Positions 46,695 to 59,600 of a stretch of DNA of 64,000 bases are shown one piece after another (positions within the stretch are counted from its first letter, which is position 1; each line of letters begins with the position of its first letter). The DNA comes from Elsinoe ampelina (lineage: Eukaryota): positions 124,001 through 188,000 of the forward strand of contig ML992504.1 in the NCBI GenBank assembly GCA_010093995.1. The letters are read 5' to 3'. A program made the position numbers and the translations under genes. The notes under the pieces were generated by a model. The model was not told the DNA's origin, ran no database searches, and saw only the letters and a list, made by a program, of their open reading frames with translations.

Positions 46695-47166
46695 TGGTGA
46701 GGACCTGGTTTTTTTATACTCGAGCCAAAGAAACCTGATCTTGGGAGAAGGTGGAACAAGCAGGAGAACGATCACTTACCAAGCGCAGCGAAGCCGACCG
46801 CAAGTGCGGTCAAGTACTCCAAGTGAGTCATTGTTTGACAGTCACCCTCGACTGCGCCGCCGAGAGGCACAGCACACAGTCATTCACTGGATGCGCCATG
46901 GATACGAATGCAGCACATAGACCACGATCCTTGCTGTCGGGTTGATACTGCTTTGGGTATCAAGAAATGGGATAGGCAGAGGTGAGGAGGACGAAGTGCA
47001 CGAAGATTGTGGTGGTCGGGTCATGGCGTCATCGCACAGCCGAGGCCCACATTCCCGCTCCACCACCTGCATTCCGATGCTTGTCGCTTCCAAGGGTTCG
47101 TCCTTACAAACCAGGTGAACTTGATAGAGGGCTCTATATCGTGTTTGTAATAAGTTGAACGGCAGT

Positions 47167-48894
47167 ATGACACCCTACATCGATGATAGGGAGATCTATC
47201 AAGTCACAGAGTCTGGCTACCCTGTCAAGCGAGCGCGAACGACCGCCACCTCATCGGGAACGAAGGGTCGTCGCCACGCCATCGACTTGCCGAGCGAGAT
47301 CGTTACGATTATATGCTCGTACCTACAGAGCTCGGATCTCAATCACATCGCAACATGCTGCAAAGGCTGGTCAGAAACAGCGACAGACACCCTCTATCGC
47401 AGCATCGAGATCCACGAGTCGCACAAGTGCTACGATGGAGACAATCTTACAGAACATACCAAAGAGGGCAAAGACTGGGCCGCTCTGGTAGTTCTGACGA
47501 CACAGCTTCATGCCAAACCACATCTTGCGAGAAGGGTACGAAGCCTGAAAGTATCACGATCGCTTGATCGACAACATCCTCCTGACTTTCCACGGTGGTT
47601 GAGAGAATCGGCCCAGGCTGAGGCCAACGCAGCGAGATTTGACCGCATCATACGCACTTGGAGCAGCTCTGAAGACGAGTACGAGGCGTGGCGAAGAGCA
47701 TTGCTCGGTCGCGATCCCAGCGCATCGTGTACAAGGATTGGGGATGCGTATCTGGCAGTGCTCTTGACCTGCCTGCCTATGCTTGAGGATCTGGACCTCA
47801 TGATCGGACATATGGAAAGCGCACGACGCACTGAGAACGCCGCTCACATATTGGAAGATATGCAGTCTTTCACTGCCAGCGTCTTACTCCGACCCTGCCT
47901 CCCAGCCCAATCATCTGCACCATTTCCAAATCTTCACAGGCTATCGCTTTCGGGGGAATTATTCAAGAAAGATGGAACCACTTCGGGCTTCGAGCTTGAG
48001 GCCGACGGAATACTGACAAATGTGGGACATCTTCCGCAACTGAAAGAGCTCACGCTGTATTGCGGCTATCTGACCGTACGTGCTTTGCGGAACCTCCATC
48101 TTCCGTCATCGCTACAAACACTCAAACTTGATATCTTCTCTTTCCTCGGCTCTCTGGCAGACCTTACCGCAATCTTATCGGCGGGCCCGCCTTTGCGAAC
48201 GTTGGTTATCACATTCAAGTCCGAATGGCAGGGTCCGGACGAGCTGGAGCAAGACATTGACGCCGAGCTAATCTTCGCAGCATTGCTACGGCATGCGTCT
48301 ACACTGGAGAATCTGCGACTTCGCTTGCCGCTAATGGATGGTGAGGCTCCTTTCACGACCACACTGCCACCTTTGAAAGAGTTCACCCGTCTTCGCCGTT
48401 TACACATCAATTCTGGCTTCGTGTTTGGTGATAACATGTCTTGGCTGGATCCAACTACCGGACACGAGCGATTTCGAGGCGAAGATCCAACAGACCGTCT
48501 GGTTGATTTGCTTCCGGCTTCGATAGAAGAAATTCGTCTCTGTCGCGGAGACCACGAGACTTCGATCACAGCTCAGGCTCTCAAAAAGGTACTAGAACGA
48601 AGAGCGACTCAATTTCCAGCGTTACGTATTCTGATATGGGTAATGGAGGAGGATGTTGTATACATCGTAGACCGCAAGGACAACGAGACGCTGGTGGCGG
48701 CGGCAAGGGAACACGGAGTCGATGCTCTCATCTTGGCGAGAGATCTCGACATGGACATCTGGCGAGCATTGCCGAGCGTAGAGCTACCTGTCGAGGACCA
48801 TTTCTGGGCAAGCGAAAGGACAATGGCGCTGATTGATGCCAGCGGTCCGAGCATTAGGGCGAGATGGCAGGAGGTGGCCACACAGGGTATCTGA
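47167..48894 (+). CDS. F-box protein with degenerate leucine-rich repeats
   Basis: LPSEIVTIICSYLQSSDLNHIATCCKGW F-box; LYRSI; repeated LxxLxL units (LEDLDL, LHRLSL, LKELTL, LENLRL); LVDLLPASIEEIRL typical of expanded fungal F-box/LRR families. Confidence 0.8.
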   Translation: MTPYIDDREIYQVTESGYPVKRARTTATSSGTKGRRHAIDLPSEIVTIICSYLQSSDLNHIATCCKGWSETATDTLYRSIEIHESHKCYDGDNLTEHTKEGKDWAALVVLTTQLHAKPHLARRVRSLKVSRSLDRQHPPDFPRWLRESAQAEANAARFDRIIRTWSSSEDEYEAWRRALLGRDPSASCTRIGDAYLAVLLTCLPMLEDLDLMIGHMESARRTENAAHILEDMQSFTASVLLRPCLPAQSSAPFPNLHRLSLSGELFKKDGTTSGFELEADGILTNVGHLPQLKELTLYCGYLTVRALRNLHLPSSLQTLKLDIFSFLGSLADLTAILSAGPPLRTLVITFKSEWQGPDELEQDIDAELIFAALLRHASTLENLRLRLPLMDGEAPFTTTLPPLKEFTRLRRLHINSGFVFGDNMSWLDPTTGHERFRGEDPTDRLVDLLPASIEEIRLCRGDHETSITAQALKKVLERRATQFPALRILIWVMEEDVVYIVDRKDNETLVAAAREHGVDALILARDLDMDIWRALPSVELPVEDHFWASERTMALIDASGPSIRARWQEVATQGI

Positions 48895-50811
48895 CACGCG
48901 TGCATGTCGCTGATCTGCAAGACCAAAATGGGCCGGCGTGGAATAAGAAAGTGGATACCTCCAACAAACGGGAATACATGCTGTCCGACATTGAATATCA
49001 GGTATCGTGACCGAGGCAGAAGTGCTTCTACTCCGGTGGGATGAAAGAAGAGACCGATGATGCGCATCTGGATGAAATGCTTTCTCAAATCGAGACCACC
49101 AAATGGGACGCGGATGAACGATGAAGTGAATTCTCCAGCAGATCCAAGATGTGGTCGTTTTCACGCACTGTTTTGTCACCTATGGGACGCTTTTCATTTC
49201 GCGGCAAATAGGAGAGTCAAGCAGACAAGGTTGTCACGCCAGCTCCGTCGCGATTCAAGCAAGACTCACGAAACCATTATGTGAGCCATTCATACCCACC
49301 TGTCTGGCTAGATGCACGCTGTCAACACCTCATAGGGAAGTTGCCTCGTTTCAAAGTCATGCAAGACTCCTAGCGAAGGGTTCGAGCGGCTGCCCTTTGA
49401 TGAAAGGCGAATCCATGCCGAGGCCTAGAGGTATACCCCAGCGGGCTTGAAATGGCCTAGATCTCTCTTTGGAGGCGTGGGGCGTACCTGCAGTACGTCA
49501 GGCACACATCCTTGTGATAGTTAGAATTACCTCTCCACTCAACAGGACGGCCTCTGGAGCACAACGAGTCATCGTCGATAGTGAGTAGAGTTCGTGTAGA
49601 GCACCCCAGCGGACTTTGTCACGCGCCCAGGTATTCGGTGCGACTGGAGATACATGACATGTACAACCCTCGCAACTTTCTCCACGTTCTGTGCGCATGT
49701 AGGATGACTGACAGCTGCAGCCTGCAGCCCAAGCTTCCGATATGGCACCATGCTGGTCATCCGACAGCAACTGCCCGGTGAAGGATCCGACGGGGATTGC
49801 AGGAAAACTTTGTTCAAAGATCGCTTTAGTCGGACCGAATGGTGTTCCACCACGAGCACCCAAGATTGCTTGTTTTTGTTGCTCTGCAGGAGGGGAACGA
49901 AAGGCTTTTGTGTATGCACTACTACTGCAAAGTCCGTGTAAATTTGTGAAGCCTTTTCATTGGAAACCCGCAATTGTCGTCGGACACTGTCATTGGTCGA
50001 AGATCTGCGGCAAGTCATTGATATTATTGCACCACATTTACGATTCTTGTGTAGGCAGAAGCATTCCTGGAGAAGCTCACATCTGAACTTGGCGGAGGCA
50101 CACTGCTGTGCAACCTTTGATACGAACGCGAGGCGCGTGTAGCTCGTTACACTTGGATCAGGTGAACAAATAAGCATCGCCCCCAAGCTGATCAAACTCA
50201 CCACAGCCAGCATTGTCACACACGTGAGAACGCCGACTAGACGGGTTATCGTCCGGGATGCACGGGGGAGCGAGAAGGGTGGTGGCGGAATCGCGGATAG
50301 GCCGGTGAGGCGCGAGACAACCCCTGACGTGAGGCTGGCGGCGGTACCACCCGTCATGCCCTGACTCGAACGCACTTTTCAAGCAATCAGAAGCTTCAAA
50401 TTCCGCCGCCTTGGACATTCAGCCTAATCTGATAGATCCTTCTACAGTCCCGCATCGACAATCGTTGGGTACCGAGGTGTTCGGTTGGGTATCGGCTCTC
50501 GCATTCTTACAAAGACTTCTCAAACTCTCAAACAGTAGGACGGTTCGTTGGACTTGGCAACATCGCACTGCAATTTGCTTGTCGCGATACCAAGAAGTCG
50601 ATATGAGCAGTTCACGTCAAGATCAGCATTGGCATCAGTCGTGAGACCAAAGGTGCGGCGGACTAGGGGTAGACAGCAGACTGTGGATAGCGATGGTAAT
50701 GTATAAAGAACAGACAGGTCCAGCATCAGTTCTGATGAAACCAAGTCATTCGTTCTCTTTACATTCTATCATTCCTTCACGTTCATTTCAATCGCCTAAA
50801 CGAGCATCAAG

Positions 50812-51596
50812 ATGAAGTTCCTCGCAGCAGCCGGTCTGCTCAGCACCGTCGTCAATGGCCATTACATTTTCAGCCAGGTTCTTATCAAGAACGGCAAGGC
50901 CGTTGGCAAGGACTACTCCTACGTCCGCAAGAACACCAACACCTACATGCCCTCGTACACCAGCGAAGTCGTCAACTCTGCCGAATCCCGCTGCAACAAG
51001 GGAGCCACCCGCGCCGGATCCCAGACCTACGACGTCAAAGCCGGCGACAAAATCGGCTTCAAGCTCGCCTACAATGAGTTCATCGAGCACCCCGGCCCAG
51101 CCTTCGTCTACATGTCCAAAGCCCCCGGCTCCGTCAACAGCTACGACGGCAGCGGCGACTGGTTCAAAGCCTTCCAGAGCGGACTCTGCGGCGGCTCCCC
51201 CGGCACCGACGCCAGCTGGTGCTCGTGGCAAAAGGACCGCATCGAGTTCACCATCCCTCTCGGGATCGAGAACGGCGAATACCTCGTCCGTCCCGAGCAC
51301 ATTGGTCTCCATGAGGGTCACGTCGGAAAGGCCCAGTTCTACATGGAGTGCGCCCAGCTCCGCATCACCGGTGGCGGCGGGGAGAAGCCCTCCGTCACGG
51401 CCAAGATTCCTGGTATTTACAAGGCCAATGACCCGGGTATTGCGTTCAACAAGTGGAACAACCCGAGGTAGGTCCGATGAGGAAGGACATTGCATGTTAC
51501 GCACTGACGTTTCTTACCAGGAGCTATGTCATGCCTGGCCCGGCTGTGGCTACTTTTGGTGGTTCCAGCAAGCGCGAGGTCGAGTTCAAGGCTTGA
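50812..51596 (+). CDS. AA9 lytic polysaccharide monooxygenase
   Basis: Signal peptide ends before His1 (VNG-HYIF); second brace His in EHPGP; GEYLVRPEHIGLH; axial Tyr in QFYMECAQL; intron 51468-51520 gives YVMPGPAV...KREVEFKA-stop. Confidence 0.95.
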
Positions 51597-52611
51597 ATTC
51601 GGTTCCAGAGTTCTGCTCGTTCGGTTCGGTTGTGAGCTGAACGATGGTTCTTTTCGGGCCGATTGAGTCTTTGGTGTGGGGTGGACTGAAGGTTGTTACC
51701 AAGAAGTCAAAAAGTTGTGGGACTGGGTCAGCATTGTGAAACGTCCCTGCCTTTCTGGACTGGTTGGTTTGGTGGAGACGCGGGTCGTCGTGGTGTAGAG
51801 TTTACCTTGCAACATCTCTAATAGGGGCTTGAGGATGACAAACTATGTGCTATGTGAGGAAGTTCCAGCTCAAGTGATAGATTTGTGTTTGAAGATCTTG
51901 TCGCACCTTCAAATCAATCATCTTGTGTTTTCAGTGGCTATCCACCAGTGATCAGATTCCCGGCCTCTTGTGAGAGTAGAATATGCCATATACGCCACTT
52001 CATGCAATCTTTCATGGGCATGAGACTTCTCGAGTCACTTACCGAGGTCGTGGTGATTGTATTCGCTTCAGTCATCTTGACATCATGGCTCGGTTAGCAT
52101 AGCCCTGTGGTCTGTCCTCAAAGCTTATTGCGATATCTTGCAAGACCTCATCTACCAGAACTTGTACCGTGTTCGACTCGCACAGTATCGTGTGCATCAA
52201 TCTCCACCACGTGCCATATCTTTCCATGGCCGGTTATCGCGCGAGGAACTAACCGTCGCTGTGTGGAGTGAGACTAATTAACACTACTAGCGTACGAGAT
52301 GTTCTCAGAAATGGATCGATCACGGGTTCTAGACTCTCCAGAGCAGTGTGTGCCATACTGACGTGCAAGTCTCACCTTTGATGGGATAGAGCACATGACT
52401 GTCGTGGTAAGTATGTAACAGAGTATGAATCTAGCAATCTCTTGGTAATGGCAGGAGTGCTGAAATATTGATTGTGCTAAATATTTGAATTCCACGTCCA
52501 CACGACTTGGGACCCCTTTCTCAGAATTGAAAACTCGCCCGCGGATGGAAATATGTACATCTTGGCTGGTAGCTGTCCTGACGTGACGACTGATGTCTCT
52601 CAACCGACAAC

Positions 52612-53568
52612 CTACCTCTGCAGAGTCAACAAGGCAGGTCTGTATGGCAACTTGTCGTATGCAGCAGATGAGCTTGGGTTCCTTCCCTGGTACAAGAACT
52701 GCAAGTTGCAAGGATCCACAGTAAATGTCTGATCGTTGTTGGTCCTGACGAGGTCTCCGTGGCTGATGTCGTTGGTCCATGTCACACCAGTGTTCGATTT
52801 GCCGGCGAAAGGCGCGTTCTCCGAACCAGCATTGAGGGTCCAGCTGCCAGACAAGCTCGTCGCGGTGAAGGAGCGAAAGTAGCGACCCTTGGATCCCTGA
52901 GCCTCGACGATCATGAGGTATTTGTTCAGTCCCTTGAGAGTGTAGACCTGCACGGCTTCGAAGAGGTTATCCGTGGAGTCGCTCATGACGGTGGTGTAAG
53001 ATGTGCCCATGTTGCCTGGGAAGTTGGCCAGAGGCATGCTGGCACGGTAGATCTTGCCATTATCTCCGGCGAAGAAGAGGTACATATTGTTCTTGTCGGC
53101 GATAAGAGTCTGATCAATGGCTCCAGTGGATGATCCAGTGATCTTGCCAGAGAAGAGCGGCTGAGCAGCCGACCATCCATTGGCATTGGTGGGGTTGGAG
53201 GAAGTGCGGTAGGTGAATGTGGTAGGTCCCCACTGGTATGCAAGAACCCAGATGTTCTTCGGAGCAAAGTAGAACAGTGTTGGAGCGACGGCTGCGAATG
53301 GGGTGGCGACCTGGGATGCAGACGACATCTGGTTGTAGCTGCTGAAGGCACCGAATGTCATGGAGCCATAGGCGCTGCCAGTGTACATGGAGGCGTAGAC
53401 AATGGGTTTGCCATTGTAGTAAGTGGTGGTGAAATCCTTGAGAGAAGCCCAGCCATTCTTCGGGCTGGTCAAAGGACCAGTCGAAGTCCACTTGTAAGTG
53501 GTAGGCAGAGCGCACTGAGCGGTCGCCAGCGATGCCGCAGAGGCAAGAAAGGAACTTTTGAAAAGCAT
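52612..53568 (-). CDS. GH62 alpha-L-arabinofuranosidase
   Basis: Signal peptide; [64 protein letters not shown] and LPYRP. Confidence 0.96.
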   Translation of the reverse strand: MLFKSSFLASAASLATAQCALPTTYKWTSTGPLTSPKNGWASLKDFTTTYYNGKPIVYASMYTGSAYGSMTFGAFSSYNQMSSASQVATPFAAVAPTLFYFAPKNIWVLAYQWGPTTFTYRTSSNPTNANGWSAAQPLFSGKITGSSTGAIDQTLIADKNNMYLFFAGDNGKIYRASMPLANFPGNMGTSYTTVMSDSTDNLFEAVQVYTLKGLNKYLMIVEAQGSKGRYFRSFTATSLSGSWTLNAGSENAPFAGKSNTGVTWTNDISHGDLVRTNNDQTFTVDPCNLQFLYQGRNPSSSAAYDKLPYRPALLTLQR

Positions 53569-53701
53569 ATTGACAAAGAAGGTCTGGTGATGGAGTGGCG
53601 ATGGAATGTGATGGAGGTCACTTACCTTGTTGCGGACACGGTCATCTTATGCCTCGAGCAATTTGATACAGATCAACGCCACCCACCGGCGCTGTACCAC
53701 A

Positions 53702-54117
53702 GGCTAATAAGGAATACCATGAAACATAAAAATTGGAAGGTACCCGATGCCGTGTTTCTGGAAATGAAGGGTACCTACCCCACAGATCGATTCGGGCCGA
53801 ATGTCGTCGCTGCGTCTTTTTATGATCTGGTTATGAGCGGGGTCTAAGCGTGTCCGAGCGAGTTTCCCGGTGGGTTCGCAGTGCTTCCGAGTGCAACAAG
53901 ATTGACAACAAGCATGACAAGGCAGACAAGCTTGTCCTGCAGCCGATCACATCTGGGTCTCGCCAGGGGGATCAAGCTCTGTCGGGAATTTCGGACCCTC
54001 TACGCGCCACAAACCAGGCCTGGCACGTCAACTTCAAACACTCCATCTCCAGTCTGTGGAGCCCTGATATCCACTCCTGTTTTATCCTTTATACAACAAG
54101 GACCATCGCTTTTAGCC
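53702..54117. promoter_or_regulatory. Divergent GH62/GH10 promoter with two XlnR/Xyr1 sites and CreA-like sites
   Basis: GGCTAATAA at 53702-53710 and TTTTAGCC (GGCTAAAA on the - strand) at 54110-54117; SYGGRG at 53837 (GCGGGG) and 54056 (GTGGAG); TATAAA at ~54179 before the xylanase. Confidence 0.65.
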
Positions 54118-54270
54118 TGGCCGAACGACAAATGATGCCAAGCATGAGCGGAAGTGATTATGCCCGGGAGCGAGATGGTATAAAGACCAGCCCGCCGTGA
54201 TACCAAGTCAACACCAAGCCTTCACCGAGCTCTCAGCACAAACGCCCACGTTCTTTTCAAACTTTCCCAA

Positions 54271-55357
54271 ATGCTTCTTGCCAACCTTCTTTCTGCCTCC
54301 TTTGTGGTTGGCGCGCTGGCCGCTCCCACCGCCCTCGAGACCCGCCAGACGGCGTCCATCAACAACGATCTCAAGGCTCGTGGCAAGAAGTACTGGGGCA
54401 ACATCAGCGACCAGCGTCTGCTCCAGAACTCGCAGAATGCCGCCGTCCTCAAGGCCGACTTTGGCCAACTCACCCCTGAGAATTCCATGAAGTGGGACGC
54501 CACCGAGCCATCCAAGGGCAATTTCCAGTTCTCCGGTGCTGACGCCTTGGTCAACTTTGCTACTTCCAACGGCAAGTTGGTCCGCGGCCACACTCTGCTC
54601 TGGCACAGCCAACTTCCATCCTGGGTCAGCGCCATCAACGATAAGAACACCTTGACGGCGGTCATCCAGAACCACGTCAAGACCATCATGACCAGGTACA
54701 AGGGCAATATCTATGCTTGGGTAAGCCAGATACTCCATGTGCCAGTTGATTCCAAGCTGACGAGCATTCAGGACGTAGTCAACGAGATTTTCAACGAGGA
54801 CGGCACTCTCCGCTCCTCCGTCTTCTCCAAGGTCCTCGGCGAGGATTTTGTCCGCATTGCCTTCCAGGCCGCTCGCGCTGCTGTAAATCCAAAGACCATC
54901 CTCCCTGCCAGAACACCCATACTGACCCACATCCCAGGACCCCAACGCAAAGCTGTACATCAACGACTACAACCTCGACAACGCCGACGCCAACGCCGCC
55001 AAGCTCGAGGGCCTCGTCAACAAGGTCCAGCAATGGCGCAGCCAAGGCATCCCCATCGACGGCATCGGATCCCAAGCCCATCTTTCCGCCGGCATGGGTT
55101 CTGCCGCTCTGGGCGCCCTCAAGGCCCTGTCCGCCGCCGCTCCCGAGATCGCCGTCATCGAGCTCGAAATTGCCAGCGCTCCTTCCAATGACTACGTTGC
55201 TGTGGCTAACGCCTGCCTCCAGATCGCCAACTGCGTCGGGATCACGAGCTGGGGTGTCAGGGATCCGGATAGCTGGAGGGCTAGCTCGAGCCCGTTGTTG
55301 TTCGACTCGAACTACAAGCCAAAGGCGGCGTACAATGCTTTGATCGCTGCTATCTAA
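54271..55357 (+). CDS. GH10 endo-1,4-beta-xylanase
   Basis: Signal peptide/propeptide; [25 protein letters not shown]; introns 54721-54771 and 54883-54937 give WDVVNE (acid/base) and [20 protein letters not shown]; nucleophile in VIELEI; GITSWG. Confidence 0.95.
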
Positions 55358-56634
55358 GCTGTGATCCGGTTTTGAGGGGATGTTGAGACGTCCTGGTATC
55401 TTCTCCTGAATATAGCTTCCCGTTGAATTGACTCTCACTGTGTGAGCCTGGAAAGGTCTTCAAACTCGATCTCTGCATGCCTTGTCAAGGTGGAAGTACA
55501 ATCTTGCCCCTCTCGCTTGATTTGTTGTTCTCGACAGACTCTCATAGTAATTTGCGCGTCAGTAAGCCTTGCAGCTACCAGGATAGACATATCCGCGGGC
55601 CGTTGTGAAGATACATTGCCTGTAGTCGACATCAACCCGTAGTGTCACCGTTTTGCAGCTGGGCCAACGAATGCTGATTATCGGAGTGTCGCAAGAATCT
55701 TGTGATCGCAAATGTGAGCACGAAAATGTATGTCGGTAAAGCTCAATTTGCTGTCGCAGAATGAAGGTGAGAAGAAAAATCACATGTTTTTCGCCGCACG
55801 CGCACAAGTGGCTGAAATTCTCCCCTTGCACTGGCAGTCATCGTTGAGACTTCTACACCTTCAATATTCCATCAGGAACGTAAATCAATCTGTCCCTTTG
55901 ATTGCCTTTGTTATCGCGATGGTGATAGTCCGATCATCGACAGGTGGCCACCCTCCCATTCTGCCTCAGGTCGCACAGATGGGAGGGGTTGAACAGGTGC
56001 GTACTCAGCCTAGGATAACGACCAGAAGCTCCTCTTGATGTGTGAATAATAACCTGCTCAATCACCACCATACTCCAAGGACGACTGTATCTTATATGTA
56101 AGCATAGCTGCATCTCGCCGGCAAGTCATTGGCTCTCCTTCCTCGTTCTCTTAAATCATGCCTGCCAAACGCAACATCCCACCAGGACTCCAGCAGTATC
56201 GCCGAAACGCGTACCCAGACTCCCACTTCCGCATCATTCCCAGACTTCCCGGAGATGGAAGTCCTTATCACAACTCTGTGAACGGCAGCTTGTTACCAAG
56301 AGGCCTGGCCGTCCAACCAATCTTCAACTCTGCAGTCGACTGGTCGATCATGTGAAGTTGCAGCAGGTCATGAACGCTTCACTTGTCTAGCGTGCAGACA
56401 TGGTTCCAAACACCTTTCAAGCGATCACGGATGATGACAACATGAGCCTGCGTCGTCATGGACGCTTCTCTCAGCTGCGCGGAGTCGTAGCACGTTGACC
56501 CAAGCATTCGAAGGACTGGACGGTTGAGCAGATAGGTGCATTCATTAGGGTATCACTCATAAAATACACACTTTCTCCATTGCCAACTTTCCCCATCATA
56601 CCCAACCTCTGCGCCCTCACATTACCAAGCACCA

Positions 56635-59600
56635 CTACTGACCCGGCGTAGCACTCTTCTCCCTCTCCCCTCGTCTCCCCATGAAGCTCTTCCTCAACGT
56701 CTTCCCACTCGGACTGGTACCTCCAGACACAAAGCTCGCGGCATCAACTGCTTTGCCGTCGGAAGTGCTAGGCGGGGCTGGCTCAAAGCTACTCCTCACC
56801 ACCACCACGCCGCTGCCGACTTTGACAGACTTTTCACCTCCCGTGCCTTGGTCGTCGATGAAGAAGGCAGCTTCACCAAGGTCTTCAGAGCCGCCGAACG
56901 TGCTATGGTCGTAGACGGCGAGTCTGAATTGGGCATCGGCGGAGGTGGGCACCTTGATGGTAGCAGGGTGCTTCTCTTCTTCCCAGTTCACCTCGCCCGT
57001 CTTGGTCTTGATCGGCTTGGTCTTGAGCAATTCCTTGAGGCCCTTATTATTGTCATGGAGAACGGCGACCTGGACCTTGGTGCCTGCAGGATAGCCCGAC
57101 GCGGAGATAATGCTGATATGCGCCGTGCCCGTGTCGACTCCAATGTTGGGGGAAGCACCGCCCCCGATACTACGGCTGCGACGATTAGATGGGGTGGCGG
57201 GAAGATCCTTGGTAGCATAGTCTGGTCCCCCATTGCTATTTCCTCGAGGAGAGTCGAAAGAACGTTCGTGTTCGTTCATTGGCGATTGGTCACCATTAAC
57301 GGCAACGGCAGGAGCACCGGCATCTTCGGAAGAGGTCCTATCCTTCTTGCCTCGGAAACTACGACCGAGGAAAGTGGCGCCCTTGATGACATTCCCACCG
57401 ACAAAGGCACCCGCCTTGCCAACACCTTTGACTGGAGCGCCGACAATCTTGCCAGGAGTGGCAAAGGTGCCGGAGAAGGTCGAGCTGCCTTGTCGTGATC
57501 GTGTAACATAGTCCGGCTTGAACAGCATGCCAAGGCGAATAACACCACTCGTTCCGTCCAGTTGAAGCTTGATCTCCTGCTTACGGAAAGGCTCCAGCAC
57601 GTCGAGATTGATGCTTGCTTTGCCCAAGAAATCGTCCTTGCCACCAAAGTCCCAGTCGAAGACGCTGACCTCAAATTCGGCGGCTGTGCGACTTCTGATT
57701 GGCACCTCGAAGAATTCATTCCAGGCGGGATGAAGAGTCTTCTTTTGCACTTGGCTCTTGAAAATCTCCTTGCCGTCCAGCACAAATTTGCAGAATGGAT
57801 CAGAGTAGCCATTACGATCCGCGGCGGGGAGATCAGCAGCGTCGAGAACTTCAACGCGAAGGTTGCCTTGATTGTTGACGGATTCTGCCGGGTCGAGCTT
57901 CATCTTGACTGGAATAAATTTCAGGCTAACGGTGATCTTGCTTTCGCGACCGTGCTTGTCCTTGAGTGTGAGCTGTGTTGGTGTGTACTGATGATTGTTA
58001 GCCTGGTCCATCACAATAATTTGTGGGCGTCCTTACCAATGCTTGACGCAGCACGGTAAGAGTGTCACCGGTCAATTTGGCTTTGATGACATCGTCATCG
58101 CCTTCGCCCTTCTTGTCAATCTCATCCACCAGACGGAGGGTGATCTTGGACAGGTCGAGCTCTCTGACCATGCAATCTCCAGCTGTGGGCAGTCAGCATT
58201 TGCATGCATGCTACATGTGCTTTACGTACTCTCATTGAATGAGTACTGTTTCGACTTGGTCTTGGCGGATGAGTAGGCCGGGAACAAGTTGTCATCCATA
58301 ATGACTTCGAGATGGCAGCCGCTGTGGGCCATGTCTCCGTCAAGCAATTTGAAGACAAGCAATCCAGATTCTGTTTCTAATTAGCCCGGCTCACGGAATG
58401 TGACCTTGCAGCCACTTACCATAGTTTGCCAAGTCTTGAGAAGTCAACTTGATCTTCGGGGCCTCCTTTGGACCTTGCAGTTCGCTGGTCTCGCCTTGCT
58501 CCTTTTCTCCTGCAGCAAGTTGCTTCCTCATCTCAGCATCGCCGTTCACACCATTAGTGCCGTTGACGGAAGTCGTGCTGGTCCTGAGGGAACTGATAGT
58601 GCCGACAGTGCCAGACCTCGATCGAGTAGCCTCGAGGCTCTTCTTAGTATCTGTCTCCAAGCTAGCTCTCGAGGTGTCCAGGCTCCCTTTACCCGCGTCA
58701 CGCTCCTCATCATCGGGGTCGGCGAACGGAATGGCCGGGAAGAACGAGACTGTGTAGTTCAATGTACCCTTGTGAGGATGCCTCGGACCTTGTGAGAGCA
58801 ATGATGCGATCGCTCGCTTCGAGTCATTAATTTCGTACTCGCCGGTCTGACGATCTTGTTGGACGTAATCGGAGGCAGCAATCTCAACGGAACCGAGCGA
58901 ACGGTCCTTACCCAACTTTTCCTCGTCCAAGACTTCAACAATGAGCTTCTCGCGGTTCGTGTGTACTGGAACGTAGATGACCTCGTCCCAGTCGGGGTCA
59001 AGGTTGTTCTTGAAGGTGACAGTCCTGCCTTTCTGGATGCCCGACAACAGCACACGAGCGTATGGATCGGACTTGCCCATAGTTTCCAGATTGCGAAGAT
59101 CTTTCGCGGACTTTAGGTGGATGCGCATAACACCGATCGGTGTCACATAGCCCCCGGAGCCGCCGAGACTACCACTGAGTGCCACTGGCTTCCATTGGAG
59201 AGTCATCTTGGTGCGGCCACTCTGAACACCTGCGAGACTGTACCACTCTTGGCCCTTCTCCATGAGCTCAAGCATGTCGGTCATCTTGATCTGGTAAGTA
59301 CCGATGATAGGATCCGCGGCAAGATCGCGGTCGTCCTTGATGACAAGTCCAAGCTTGGCCTTCTTCTTATCGGTGATCAAGAGTTCCTTTGTGGCATCAG
59401 GCCAGATGGGATTGTTTGTACGCTTCAGCTTCTGACTGATGTGCACCTCCTTCCCATTAAGAAGCAAGACTGCGTATGGATTGAGTTGACCGATCATGCT
59501 CTTGCTGCCGTCAAGCTCCTTGGCACTTTCGACGGTGAATTTGGCGATACCGGTGTTGGACTCGGGCGGAGGCTCCTGGGTTCCGTCCGGTAGCTTGACA

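Noticed and set aside
50355..50380. GTTCGAGTC T-loop-like words here (- strand) and at ~52171
   Set aside because: No 5-bp T-stem or cloverleaf can be formed; not tRNAs.
48895..50811. ORFs of 100-270 aa in the F-box/AA9 intergenic region
   Set aside because: No motifs, codon bias or consistent splice structure.
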